Source: Octopus sinensis
Lineage: Eukaryota
Direction of reading: 5' to 3'
Assembly: GCF_006345805.1 (NCBI RefSeq)
Contig: NC_043006.1
Span: forward strand, 10,912,001 to 10,976,000
DNA: 64,000 nucleotides
Numbering within the stretch: position 1 is the first letter of the stretch; every line of letters begins with the position of its first letter. Shown in pieces: positions 37,011 through 49,778 of the stretch. The notes beneath the pieces were generated by a model. The model had not been told where the DNA came from. It did no database searches and saw only the letters and a program-made list of their open reading frames with translations. The translations under genes were made by a program, and so were the position numbers.

Positions 37011-37489
37011 GTAGTGAAACTGAGAACAGCTTGAAACATTGGTGCATGTGGGCAAAACTTTATTCCAAACTAAAAGTAAAAGAAATATGTAAAAATATAT
37101 TATTATGAAATACATAAAACCCCAACAGGAATATATAAATACATACATACATACATACATACATGCATACAGATATGCACATGTATGTATATAGATGTAC
37201 ATATGTATACACAGACACACACACATACACATACACATACACACACACAATTCTAACCACCTTTCCTGAAAAACAAAAACTCATATCTTCAGGAATGCAC
37301 CTCGCATATACATACAACAAAGGCAATCCAGATGAAATTTCGTAGTCACTATCAACATTTTCCTTGTTCAAACTTAAAGTGTAACATACTAGTAACAAAC
37401 TAAAAGGTATTGATTAATCTTTAAATTTAAAGTTAAATAGTTTATATAACTTAACATAAAAGCAACCTGTAATATTATTTAAGTTTATG

Positions 37490-37520
<31 letters not shown>

Positions 37521-37604
37521 TAATTATAACAATGAGGGTCTTTGCAACAAGTTGCTAGTATGTAGTCTAGCAACTTGTTGCAAAGACCCTCATTGTTATA
37601 ATTA
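37521..37604. repeat. Perfect 38-bp inverted repeat with an 8-nt loop, followed by a ~95-bp tail, in (TA)n
   Basis: 37521-37558 is the exact reverse complement of 37567-37604. Confidence 0.93.
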
Positions 37605-37700
37605 TATAAACTTTTACCGAATATGGTCCTTTTCCATACCGAAATACTACTTGGTGAAATTTGTTGATTTTATTAAATTAATTATATTCCACCCATTATC

Positions 37701-37743
<43 letters not shown>

Positions 37744-38029
37744 TATACACACATATATATATATACATATATATATATATACATAGACAGACATATGTGT
37801 ATATATATTTATATATATATATATTATATGTTTTATTATATATGTATATATGTATGTTATATATACTTGCGTATACATGCGTGTATATAAGCATATTTTC
37901 AGGTATATATAAATATGTGTGTGTGTGTGTGTGCATAAATACCGCTTATATTGCATTAGATAGTTTGGAAACAGGGAGCAGCTACGCTACAATCAATCCA
38001 GCAATCCGACCAGTATTGTAACGTATATT

Positions 38030-38580
38030 TTCAGAAAGCATTGGCCGCCATTGCAGCTATCTACTTTGTATAAATTTGCACAAATCGACGCAGCTGTTTA
38101 CGTATCTTTTATAGCTAAACTTCTTCTATTATACATCGAGTGGAGTATGCTTCTTTTCCCACACTACTCTGTTTTTCCTTTACATACACTAAGATTTTTT
38201 TCTCGTTCCCTGCATCACTTTCTTCGTTTGTATCTTTCCTTTCCTATATATGCTGACGTAAAATCCCATGATAGTTGTTTATTTATGGGCAACAGGAAGC
38301 TAAATATTTGACCTAATGCGTATATGAAATTGTTGGCATGGTAACTTAATGTACCAGCCGCATTGGGGCTCTACAATAACATTTAGAAAAGAGCTCATGC
38401 GTTTCTGATCTATTTCTGTGGAGTTTTGTTTTATTTTTCATTACTACTGGTTGTATTTTTCATTGCTGTTGGTTCTTAGTTTTCTTATGTATTTAATGCA
38501 AAACAGAAGCAACGAGACAATAAAGGAAAAATCACATAAGCGATCGAACGAATAACAAAAGCAAATGTGAACATATTCTA
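38030..38580 (+). repeat. Diverged non-coding block paralogous to 33790-34360
   Basis: Same collinear motif series as 33790-34360. Confidence 0.7.
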
Positions 38581-38875
38581 TCTCTTTGTGAGCGAGTGCA
38601 TATCTTTAAGTATGACAAAAGATATATATATATATATATACATATAATATATATATAATATATATATAATATATACTATATATATATATATACGTGTCTT
38701 ATATAATCACGTGCACTCACGAACATGCTAAAATATATTTACTTTCATTGATTTCCTTTTAGCATGTGTGTGTGTGTGTATGTGAGAGAATCTCTACATA
38801 TCAGAATGTAAGTAGACATTTACCTACAAAACCTTACACACTCACAAATACATACATTTATACATATTTTATGAC

Positions 38876-38975
<100 letters not shown>

Positions 38976-39326
38976 GCGACGGAGGTAGTACTAACACCTA
39001 AAAGTAGTCTTTATATCTAGCTTAACATGGATGTCTTGTCAGAATGCAGCGTAAATAGCCTTGAAAGATTTTCATATATACGCGCATGGTGCATAAAATA
39101 ACACACATGTGCTGCAATATATGTCTGCACTTTAGTGCACCAAGTGCCTATGTGAGAGGTCCTCCCAAGGCTATTAATACAATATTCGCTGTTCTTGCAA
39201 GACATCCATATTAAGTTCGATACAAGAATTACCATTTGGTAGTAACGAGGCTTCCGTCGCTAATAATTCTGTTTTTAATAAGCTTACTGGTTATTTTTGA
39301 CATCAGCGTCTGAAAAGATACTGATA

Positions 39327-39723
39327 TCTTTATATATAAAAGTGAATTTGTGTGTCTGTCTCCTACGATTTAGATTCCTAACTACTCCCACATTTTGCGG
39401 TGCAGTTTAACCAAAACCGGGTATCTTATAGTCGTGATTCATATCGAGCCCTTCTGTGTATTAGCGCGCGTCTACGATGAGTCTACGATTTAAAAAAAAA
39501 ATTACCATCATTTTTTTTCCATTTTAATGCATTATTTTCGCTATTATATAAGGGAAGTAACTCTCTAAAAATGTCTACGATGAGTCAACGATTTAAAAAA
39601 AATTACCATCATTCTTTAAAATTTTTAATGCATTTTGTTGCTATTTTTTGGCTATAACTCTCTAAAAATGCTTATATAGTTATTTCCCTTACAAACCCGA
39701 GCAACGCCGGGCGATACTGCTAC
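39327..39723 (+). mobile_element. Non-autonomous Helitron-like element
   Basis: A|TC...tatatataaaag 5' end; subterminal hairpin cccg-agcaacgc-cggg (39696-39711); CTAC|T end (CTAG-like); internal ~95-bp duplication; no TSD. Confidence 0.72.
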
Positions 39724-39921
39724 TACTATATATTGTAGCAGCGAAATTTGACTGGCATGTGGTGACCGGACGTTTCCCACTGGTGATTTCTCATGGAATT
39801 AAATCACGTGACATGGAAATTCAGGCGCATATGAGATGATACTCGGCAGCTACGATCTATTTCCATGCTTTTATGCACCAAGCGCCTACGTGAGAGGATC
39901 TCTCGGGGCAAATAACACATG

Positions 39922-41192
39922 TAGAGGGGTTCGACAAAAAATTGAAACACCTTAACGTTTCAAATAAATTTATTTTAATATGGGGTAGGACCGCATTTGG
40001 CAGTAATTACAGCTTGGATTCTTCGAGGTATGGACTCGTACACAGTCTGAATTGTTTCCAAAGTAAGTTTTGTCCATTCTTCAGCTAAAACAGTCTCCAG
40101 TTCTTGTAGTGATGATGGTGGAGGATATCGACTCCTTACATATTTTTCTAAAATGCACCATAAATTTTCTATAATATTGAGATCTTGAGACTGTGGTGGC
40201 CATATGAGATGTTCCACTTCACTAGAATGTTCCTCGTGCCATTCAATAACAACTTTAGCTTTGTAAATCGGTGCATTATCATGCAGAAAGATTGCGTTTC
40301 CTTCTGGAAACGGTTCCGTAACCATAGGATGAATTTGATCAGATAAAATGCTTAAATTGACTTGACTATTAATTCTACCATGAAGGGAAGCCATTGAGCC
40401 GGCAGATTTCCAAGATATAGCCCCCCTCCCCTAGATCAACAGAGATCCTCCTACATGTTTAGCAGTTGGAATAAGGCAGTCTGAATCACATGCTTCTTTT
40501 GGCTGCCTCCTGACATATACTCGGTAGGTGGTCGGAAATAAGGTAAAGGATGTTTCGTCCGAGAAAATAATAATCTTCCTCTGCTCTAGGGATCAATTAT
40601 GTAGGCTTTTACTACACCCTAAACGCTTTGCAGCGTTTGTTTTTGAAAATAGTGGTTTTCTGAATGCAGCCCTCCCGTAAAATCCGGCTTTGTGCAGCTC
40701 GCGGCGAACAGTTTTTGCGGAAACTGGGTTCTCGAGGTGGTCATTAAGCTCTAAGAAATTTTTGGGAGTTGTACTTTTATGATCCTTTCTAACAATTCGC
40801 GTAAGAGTCCGATGGTCCCTATCTGAAAGTTTTGGTTTTCTTCCTGAGTTTTGTTTCGACGAGGAGGTTTTCCTCTCTTTCTCAAAGGCTGTCATTACTT
40901 TTGAGACAGCACTTCTTGATACACCAAACATTTCGGTTGTTTTCGTTACGCTAGCGCCTGCCATACGAGCACCAACAATTTGACCTCTTTGAAAGTCCAA
41001 TAGATCTGTCATTTTAATGAATTTTAATTACGTTTTTCTGATGATATCTGAAAAGGAACAGAAATTTTAGCAAAACATATTAAGCAACACTAATAAATCA
41101 AAAAACATAAAAATAAAAAAGCTTTTGACAGTTTGGTAGATAATTCAAAATTATGATGCAAGGAGTTTCCATTATTTGGTCCAAACCCTCTG
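39922..41192 (-). mobile_element. Tc1-family transposon with DD36E spacing, decayed
   Basis: ORFs 40593-41012 (HTH) and 39975-40394; FSDET, DNAP-(36 aa)-E in DLNIIE; degenerate TIRs agaggggttcgac... and ...ggtccaaaccctctg; 1.27 kb. Confidence 0.92.
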
Positions 41193-41587
41193 TGTGTGTG
41201 TGTGTGTGTGTGCATGCGTGTGTGTGTGCGTGTGTGTGTGTTTGTGTGTGTTGAAACTATATTGTCTCTATAGAAGCCGGTGGTAAAAATGTTACATTTT
41301 TAAATCATGTACATTTTGTAATTTTTTTGTGTGTGTGTGTGTGCGTCACCAACAATACTAAGAAGAAATTCACGTTAACACCACCTACAACGACAGAAAT
41401 ATCCACGTGAAAAGAGTAATATGAACGCCCGTTTACGGTCAACTTATTTTCGAGGTTTGAAAACATTACGTCTCTGAAATAATTGTCGATTTAAACATAG
41501 ACAATAGAATTTTACTTTTTTGTTTCTTCTTAAGTTCGATTTGCCTGAAACGGTATTTTATTTTTATATGATATATTACTTAATTAG

Positions 41588-41880
41588 TGGAGGCGCAATG
41601 GCCCAGTGGTTAGGGCAGCGGACTCGCAGTTTGGATTCCCAGACCGGGCGTTGTGAGTGTTTATTGAGCAAAAACACCTAAGATTCACGCGGCTCCGGCA
41701 GGGGGTGGGGGTTGGCGATCCCTGCCGTACACTTTCGCCACAACTTTCTCTCACTCTTTCTTCTGTTGGCCTGCTCGCTTAGCCAGCGGGGTGGCGTCAT
41801 TTGAAGGCTAAAACAATGCGAAGCGCATTGTGACCAGCGATGTGTAGCAACATCTGATAGCTTGGTCGGTCACAGTGATA
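41588..41880 (+). mobile_element. SINE family C
   Basis: tggaggcgcaatggcccagtggttagggcagcggactcgc head and complete body. Confidence 0.87.
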
Positions 41881-42991
41881 TTACTTAAGTATTCCTAATG
41901 TTCGTCTTTTACTGGTTTCCTTCTCTGTACTGGAGTTATATTTGTGGTGTCTGAAAGAACTATTCGAAACGATAATTCGTTCAGAATTACCATCCCTTAC
42001 AATAATGCAGAAACCATCCAAATATCCTTCAAATTAACCAACCCAGACAGCATCGTTCAGATTCTGCCTGAGGTTTACCTTAATTTTTCCAGTGTCTTTC
42101 GAATAATCAGTTATGTAATCGATAATTCCATGCGTAGATCGCCTCGTAGATCGAACAATTGGACGATTCATTGTTGGCAAAGACAGTGGATCAATAAATT
42201 TCTAATTATCCACATACATGAATATAATTATTAATCTTGCGTGGTTTTGAACAACGTCAAATATTCTTCCTCGTTTGGAAGCCACCTAAGTGTTATCAGC
42301 CGTTTGATAACATCTGTACGCTAACCCTAGCACATGAAATATCATTAAATACTATCAAAGATAATATGGCATATGAATTCAGTTCTGAATATCATTTAGA
42401 TCGACAGTTTCGTAACGATAATGATAATGATAAATAGTGTTCAAAACGTCATTTTGATATTGCCGGAATGGATAATCAGATATTTTATCATTCAGTTTCT
42501 GTTAAGCTGTGTATAATTAGCAGTATTATGAAAGATTATCTGATAATTACGTTCAGGTAATTCCTTTAACGATCTCGTTAACACTCACTGTTTGACCACA
42601 TTAGAAGGTCAACAACAGACAATAAAATGAACAGCTTAATAATTTATCAGGCATATTGATATTTGATAGACATAATATATGCTTATTTAATATTTATTCT
42701 GTCATTCAGTTACTGCTTTTAGATTTTGGACTCAGTTTAAACCGGAGTGCCACTTTTTGTGGCATCTTCAATCCAATTGTATATACTGTATACTTTGTTA
42801 ATTACAGTCGTTAATTTAAATTAGTGATTCTAAAACTTAGTTTCATGCTTAAAGCATTTGTAAAAGTAAGAGTGGCTTAATCATTCATTTGAACATGTAG
42901 AAGAGTATAAAGGGATTTTAGAAATATCCTTTTGTGAAATGCGTTAAACTGTATCACTAGTGTGTGGTGTGCGTGTATGAGATGTGTTTGC

Positions 42992-43126
42992 GTGCGTAAC
43001 TGGTACTTAATTTATCGATAAAAGCAAAGTCGACCTCGGCGGAATTTGCACTCAGAACGTAACGGCAGACAAAATACTGCTACGCATTTCGCCCGGCGTG
43101 CTAAAGTTTCTGCCAGCTAGCCGTCT
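42992..43126 (-). mobile_element. SINE family A, 5' part
   Basis: Reverse complement of head and first half-unit. Confidence 0.78.
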
Positions 43127-43376
43127 CCACGCTGTACATTCTAATGTTATAGAGTATTTACCTACGCTCTAGTAACTCTGGTATCTATTATTAAAAATTT
43201 TTTAAACAATCGAAAGCACACAACACATGCACACACACGATTACACATACACAGCTATGTAAACACGCACTCACACCTATTTATATCCACACATGCACAC
43301 ACACGATTACACACACACACATTCATATAGACGCGCACCCATGCCTTACATCCACACATGCATACACACGCGTCGG

Positions 43377-43590
43377 ATATATGAATATATTTGTATGTGT
43401 ATGTATATGTTTGTGCGTCTGTTTGCCAACCGATGGTGGTGTGTTTACCTCCCCGTAACTTAGCGGTTCGGCAAAAAGACCGTTAGAATAAGTATTAAGC
43501 TTACAAAGAATAAATCCTGGGCCAATTTGCTCGACTAAAGTGAGTGCTCTAGCATGGCCGCAATCAAATGACTGAAACAGGTAAAAGAAT
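43377..43590 (+). mobile_element. SINE family B, 3' half
   Basis: cccgtaacttagcggttcggcaaaa...agcatggccgcaatcaaatgactgaaac. Confidence 0.78.
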
Positions 43591-43604
43591 AACAATAAAA
43601 TAAA

Positions 43605-43770
43605 TTTCTTTACTACCCACAAGGGGCTAAACACAGAGAGGACAAACAAGGACAGACAAACAAATTAAGTCGATTATATCGGCGGAATTTGAACTCAGAA
43701 AGTAGCGGCAGGCGAAATACTGCTAAGCATTTCGCCCGGCGTGCTAACGATTCTGCCAGCTCGCCGCCTT
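43605..43770 (-). mobile_element. SINE family A (internally deleted)
   Basis: Head ...gctcgccgcctt and tail ctttactacccacaagggg. Confidence 0.78.
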
Positions 43771-44306
43771 ATATAAACACAAACGTGGTTTGATCAATAA
43801 ATATCCGGACTATTGCCATAGTAACTAAGCTAAAGCACGCTTGGCACAAATTGACTATGAACTCAGCACAGACACAGTTAATAGATATTTATTAAATATG
43901 ATATACCATATCGTATGCAGAGGTTTTAAAAAATAACAGATTTTGTTTATGAAACTTCATATGAATAAGTTATATTGTTCACTATTTTCTCATTAATAAT
44001 GTTAATTACGTTATCTTGTTAAAATTACTTTTACATATTGATTATCGTCTGAATGTTATCAGTATATGAAACTAAAATATTGACTCCCGGCTGATTACAG
44101 CTTTGTATTAATTAAAAGTAGCAGAATTATATCAATTAAAACAAAGGGCTTGGAATATTTTATTTTATTGTTTTGTCCATCTTTTGGGAGATTTTCAGTT
44201 TTAATTCCTTTTTATATTTGTTATTCATTTTTGTTTTGTTTATTCGATAAATTATCTTTTAAGAAAATGAATTAATATTGTAGTTAGCTGGTTGGACGGA
44301 CGGAAC

Positions 44307-44687
44307 GGAAGCACTCCGTCGGTTACGACGATGAAGGTTCCTGTTGATCCGAATCAACGGAACAGCCTGCTCGTGAAATTAACGTGTAAGTGGCTGAGCA
44401 CTCCACAGACACGTGCACCCTTAACGTAGTTCTCGGGGATATTCAGCGTGACACAGAGTGACAAGGCCGGCCCTTTGAAATACAGGTACAACAGAAACAG
44501 GAAGTAAGAGTGGGAGAAAGTTGTGGTGAAAGAGTACAGCAGGGATCACCACCATCCCCTGCCAGTGCCTCGTGGAGCTTTAGGTGTTTTCGCTCAATAA
44601 ACACTCACAACGCCCGGTCTGGGAATAGAAACTGCAATCCTATGACCGCGAGTCCGCTGCCCCAACCACTGGGCCATTGTGCCTCCA
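44307..44687 (-). mobile_element. SINE family D with a 16-bp target-site duplication
   Basis: agttagctggttggac at 44282-44297 and 44689-44704. Confidence 0.9.
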
Positions 44688-45535
44688 CAGTTAGCTGGTT
44701 GGACCGTTCGTTGAAATACATGGTCGGTTGGTCGGTTGGTCGGTCGGTCGGTCGGTTGGCTTAATGGTCGGTCGGTCGGTTGGTTAGGCCGTCCTTTGGG
44801 AGAACGTCGGTGCTACTTGAGCCTGTCAGTCGTCTCCATCAAGTGACGGTTCCTGAGCCTCATTCCAGCTGTCATCACTCACGTGATCATTCACTACTGC
44901 CAATCATTTCTCCTTCGGATGTCCTATTTTCCAGAAACTTTGTGGAAACCACTACTCTGGCAAAAGAAAGGCGTGGGGGTATCCAAGCCGAACCCATGCC
45001 CGTGTTATTTCATCCTCCTACTTACCACCAAATGACCTTGTTCGTGTTTCCAGGTTGGTGACGCTGGATGTGCAAAATATGGTGTCTCCTACGAGTCCAG
45101 CTTTAGCTGGAATGTGTTGCTCACACGTTACACTCGATGATATCCCGGCCTTTAATTTTTGTAATCTTTTAATCAATGAGTTAATGGAGCAACGACTACG
45201 TTCGAAACATTTCTAAGATCCTCTAGAATGGGAGGAAGGAGCTAAGATGTTATTTTCCGACTAGTTACCTATCCTGAATGCTTTGAACTCAGATGTTGTC
45301 TTTTCTGAAGCAGAGACACAAGTTGGTCTTTGTTACTTATCATAGCCAAGTTGTGATGTTCACAAATTATGACTACGACCCATAAGCAAAAGACAATCTC
45401 TACAATAGATTCCGCTCGAATTCACCTTACAAAATTATACACTCTAGTCGAATTGAGATTCCGGTGTATGTCTCTTAACATACTTGCATTGAAACTGAAG
45501 CCGAAGTATGTGTGTATTTATTATATATGCACATG

Positions 45536-45571
<36 letters not shown>

Positions 45572-45829
45572 ATATAATTTGAGGGAATATTATTCCTAAC
45601 TTACAAGGAAAAATACAATTTAGAAATATTAAATCAAATTTCACACAATATAATATATATATATATATAATAGACAAACACCACCTTTATCAATTCAATA
45701 AGGAAAATTAAATTACACCATCTAGAAAATTACATATACTAGAAATATTAAATATAAGATAAAATACTAAACCGATGATTAAGTAATGTGCAAAATAATA
45801 AATAAAACGTGTATATTTAGTAGAATAAC

Positions 45830-45936
45830 GAAACGTGTTTCGTGGCTATATTTAAGAAATGATTATAGTAAAAATATTAGAAGTAGTAGTAGTAGTAAAC
45901 TCACTTCGATATAAATATAGCCACTCATCAGGTTTA
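45830..45936 (-). ncRNA. Hammerhead-like motif with a 13-bp stem II, probably decayed
   Basis: CTGATGA-GTGGCTATATTTA...TAAATATAGCCAC-GAAA-CACG-TT; stem I pairing poor. Confidence 0.5.
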
Positions 45937-46084
45937 AAATAACTACAATAATAAAATAATTAATTAATAAATATGCGTAAATAATCTTTTAAGGCTTGGA
46001 ATTAACCTGCATAAAACTGTGTGTTATTTTCTTCAAACCATTTATTAAAGACGTCTAGTTCTTTTCGTAAAAGGGTAGCATCGA

Positions 46085-46310
46085 TAGGTTCTTCACTGCT
46101 TACACTACCGTTATGCCGTCGACGTAGTTAGTAAGTGTAGCTGTCTTTGTAACTGATAGCATGTCCGAAAGAGCTACCACAAACAGCAGTGGCCCCAAGA
46201 CATGACCCTGAGGAACTCCACTCGGGGTTATTGCTTCCTTTGACAGGGCTACATTGGCTGCCACAGCCTGGCTTCTGTCTTTTGAGAAGTCATGTGACTA
46301 CTCTCCCATT
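46085..46310 (-). mobile_element. CR1-group LINE RT core fragment
   Basis: DRSQAVAAN...SGVPQGHVLGPLLFVVALSDM...TNYVDG (decayed YADD). Confidence 0.85.
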
Positions 46311-46347
<37 letters not shown>

Positions 46348-47922
46348 TATATATATAAGTTTGTACATACATACAGATACACACACGGGGCATTACATAT
46401 ATTTATATATATATATTTATATATATATATTTATATATTACAAATTAGGCTATCCACCACAGTTTAGTTTCATTTATGACTGCTTTATAATTAGTTATCC
46501 TGAGCTATTAATTATGTAAGAAGCCGTTTACGTCTACTTTAAGGAAAAGTCAACAAGCCATAGAACCGTCTGTCAGAAGAGTCTAACATTTTTTTCTATT
46601 TTGTACATCGATAGCATAGGACGAAATTTGTTTTCGTTCGTATTTCACTCCACCGTAGATTATTGAATTAACTCTCGTGTGGTATCGAATTCGCTGTTTA
46701 ATATATCATGCTTAATATCTTTCTCTCACCAATAAAACTAAAAACAGTTGTTGCTTAGCCCCCCAGGTGGGTTCTGACCAAACAGACTTTTAATCAAAAG
46801 ACATTTCAGCCATGACTATCCAGTGCAGTTCTGTAGTGTATCTAGGATCATAATTCCAGTGTTTTCAATTTTTTAAATCTGGTGTGTGTGATTTGAGGGA
46901 GTTTCAACTGCGTTTTCTTGACGTGGATCGATCACATAAAGAATCCTACGTTGGCTCGTAATGCTAATATACTGAGCTCGATACAATCAACTACAAATTA
47001 TTTAGAAAACAGATCCGTGTTCCTAATCAAAAGAAGTAACTGGTGTGTAAATATTGATACGATATCAATGCAGAATCTCGATGAATATGCAGTCTGTTAT
47101 AAAGAAGCTATCTACATACAGCTTGTCAAAGACAAAAGATACAAACTGCAAACCATACTGAGTGAAAACGGTTCGTATGTACCGGTTTCTTAAACGGATA
47201 AATCGCGGTTAAAATAACAATTATATGGAATATAGATAAAATAGATATGAAAACATTGATATTCTGTAAATACTCGTAGCATACAGACAAAGCCCTGATA
47301 TTTGTAAACTGATACAACACATTCAAAATAACACTATCTGTAAACATAGTTTTGATTAGTGTAATACGAAGACGAACTTCAAGCAAAAAAAGAAAAACAA
47401 CAACAATAAAAACAGAAAGAAAGAAATAGAAACGAAACTAGAAAACAGCCTGCAGTTCCCTCTAGGATTTGCGGTTTCAGAAAATTGAATAACAAAATAA
47501 TCTAGAAAAAATAATCGATAGCAAATCGATAAATTTCTACGGGTTATATTGCCAGATGCAGACCGAAAGAAAAATGAATGGTATCTGAACAGCTTGGATG
47601 GCAGGAATCATTAAAATAATCACAAACCATTAGAGATATTAGAAAGAGAAGTAAATCGTACCACCGTACCATACTTAAAAAAGCAACTGACATATTCGTA
47701 TTGGCCTATTAAAACGATGTCAGCGTTCCCTTCTGTTGGAATTAGAAACTCAACTCTCGCAATTAAAAACGAAACTACAACGAAGTCAATTACTTTATTA
47801 GTGAAGTCGCATTTTCTACAAAAATAAATTTCCTTCACCATACTTTACTTCCTATTAAAAATTTTTCTTGGTAAAAGATGGATGTTTCACTGAAGAATGC
47901 ACAGAGTATACAGCACTGATAT

Positions 47923-48520
47923 AGGCGGCGAGCTGGCAGAAACGTTAGCACGCCGGGCGAAATGCGTAGCCGTATTTCGTCTGCTGCTACGTTCTGAGTT
48001 CAAATTCCGCTGAGGTCGACTTTGCCTGTCATCCTTTCGGGGTCGATTAAATAAGTACCAGTTACGCACTGGGGTTTATATAATCGACTTAATCCGTTTG
48101 TCTGTCCTTGTTTGTCCTCTCAGTGTTTAGCCCCTTGTGGGTAGTAAAGAAACAGGTATTTCATCTGTCGTTACGTTCTGAGTTCAAATTCCGCCGAGGT
48201 CAACTTTGCCTTTCATCCCTTCGGGGTCGCTTAAATAAGTACCAGTTACGCACTGGGGTTGATATAATCAACTTAATCCGTTTCTCTGTCCTTGTTTGTC
48301 CCCTCTATGTTTAGCCCCTTGTGGGTAGTAAAGAAACAGTTATTTCATCTGTCGTTACGTTCTGAGTTTAAATTCCGCCGAGGTAGATTTTGCCTTTCAT
48401 CCTTTCGGGGTTGATAAATAAACTACCAGTTTCGCACTGGTGTCGATGTAATCGACTTAATCCCTTTCTCTGTCCTTGTTTGTCCCCTCTGTATTTAGCC
48501 ACTTGTGGGTAGTAAAGAAA
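47923..48520 (+). mobile_element. SINE family A trimer with a 10-bp TSD
   Basis: Head plus three ~184-bp units; agcactgata at 47912-47921 and 48528-48537. Confidence 0.9.
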
Positions 48521-48761
48521 TATATATAGCACTGATAACTCTTGTTTGCCTTTAGAGGTCACCGAGGACCAACGAGATAGAGATAGGTGAAGACAGAGCG
48601 TCTTTATCGTAACGTGACTAGTTAGAAATAGCAACCAAATCTCTGGGCATTACATACTACTGTCTTAAAAAATGATACGTTAGAAAGTGTAGCCCTCAAG
48701 ATATGTTTTGAGTGGGATAAAGTATGAATTTATCCCACTCTCTCTCTCTTTACTTCTTCTA

Positions 48762-49155
48762 CTCTTTTATTTGTTTCAGTCATTTGAATGTGGCCATGCT
48801 GGAGCACCGCCTTTAGTCGAGCAAATCGACCCCAGGTCTTATTCTTTGTAAGCCTAGTACTTATTCTATCGGTCTCTTCGGCCGAACCGCTAAGTTACGG
48901 GGTCGTAAACACACCACCATCGGTTGCCAAGCAATGTTGGGGGGACAAACACAGACATACAAACATATACACAAATACATATATATATACATATATACGA
49001 CGGGCTTCTTTCAGTTTCCGTCTACCAAATTCACTCATAAGGCTTTGGACCTCCCGAGGCTATAGTAGAAAACACTTGCCCAACGTGCCACGCAGTGGGA
49101 CTGAACCCGGAACCATGTGGTTCGTAAGCAAGCTACTTACCACACAGCTACTCCT
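48762..49155 (-). mobile_element. SINE family B
   Basis: Reverse complement of 4561-4961. Confidence 0.86.
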
Positions 49156-49574
49156 ACGCCACTGGAATCTATTTTATCAAAAGTTTAGTTCATTATGGCC
49201 GGAGTAGATCTAACAGCCAAACAACAGCGACGAGTAACTTCATAAATTACTTCTATAAATAAATAACTTTTATTGCTCACAGTGGCTTGTAATGATTTCT
49301 TTTTGTTCTTGTATAACTTAACAATTATCAACTAATTATCTCTATTCAATTATAGGCGATATAAATGTTACTCCATTAGCCGTCTGGCTGGTTGACTGAT
49401 TTTCTATGCCATACGTTACATCATATGAAGATGAGGGTGGGGGACCACAGTATAATCAGAGATACAGAGAGAGATAACTTAAGAGATACCGGATGAGTGC
49501 ACATACTAAGCTTCGTAGCAGGCAATGAGTAAAAAAACGATGCTACAGGTACGCACAGAGTAAGGGGAAAGGAA

Positions 49575-49778
49575 TCATCGGGATCCGGGTGGGGGAGTAG
49601 GAGCAGGAGCAGGAGCAGAAGGAGGAAATGAGGTGGAGGAGAAGGAAGGGAGGTGGGTGAGGAGGAGGAGTAGGAATAGTAGGATGGGAGGAGCAGGAGG
49701 AGTGGGAGGAGGAAGACGAAGATGAGCAGGAGGGGGTGGAAAAGGCACAGGAGGAGGAGGAGGAGGAGGAGGCGACAA
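49575..49778 (+). repeat. Purine-rich (GGA)n-type low-complexity tract
   Basis: Almost entirely G and A; accounts for the poly-P ORF. Confidence 0.85.

Noticed and set aside
37605-37660. CCGAATA-TGG..CCATA-CC-GAAA in the tail of the 38-bp hairpin as an HHR
   Set aside because: G8 is missing, stem II register is off and no stem I is found
44780-45180. GC-richer block possibly from an LTR-retrotransposon integrase tail
   Set aside because: Only a weak RLRNRHL resemblance; no catalytic motifs or LTRs
46900-47880. Protein-looking short ORFs (46918-47193, 47126-47386, 47620-47841)
   Set aside because: No recognisable motif, no consistent frame or splice pattern; cannot be supported as exons
49575-49778. 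Proline-rich ORF
   Set aside because: Complement of a (GGA)n low-complexity tract with no flanking coding context
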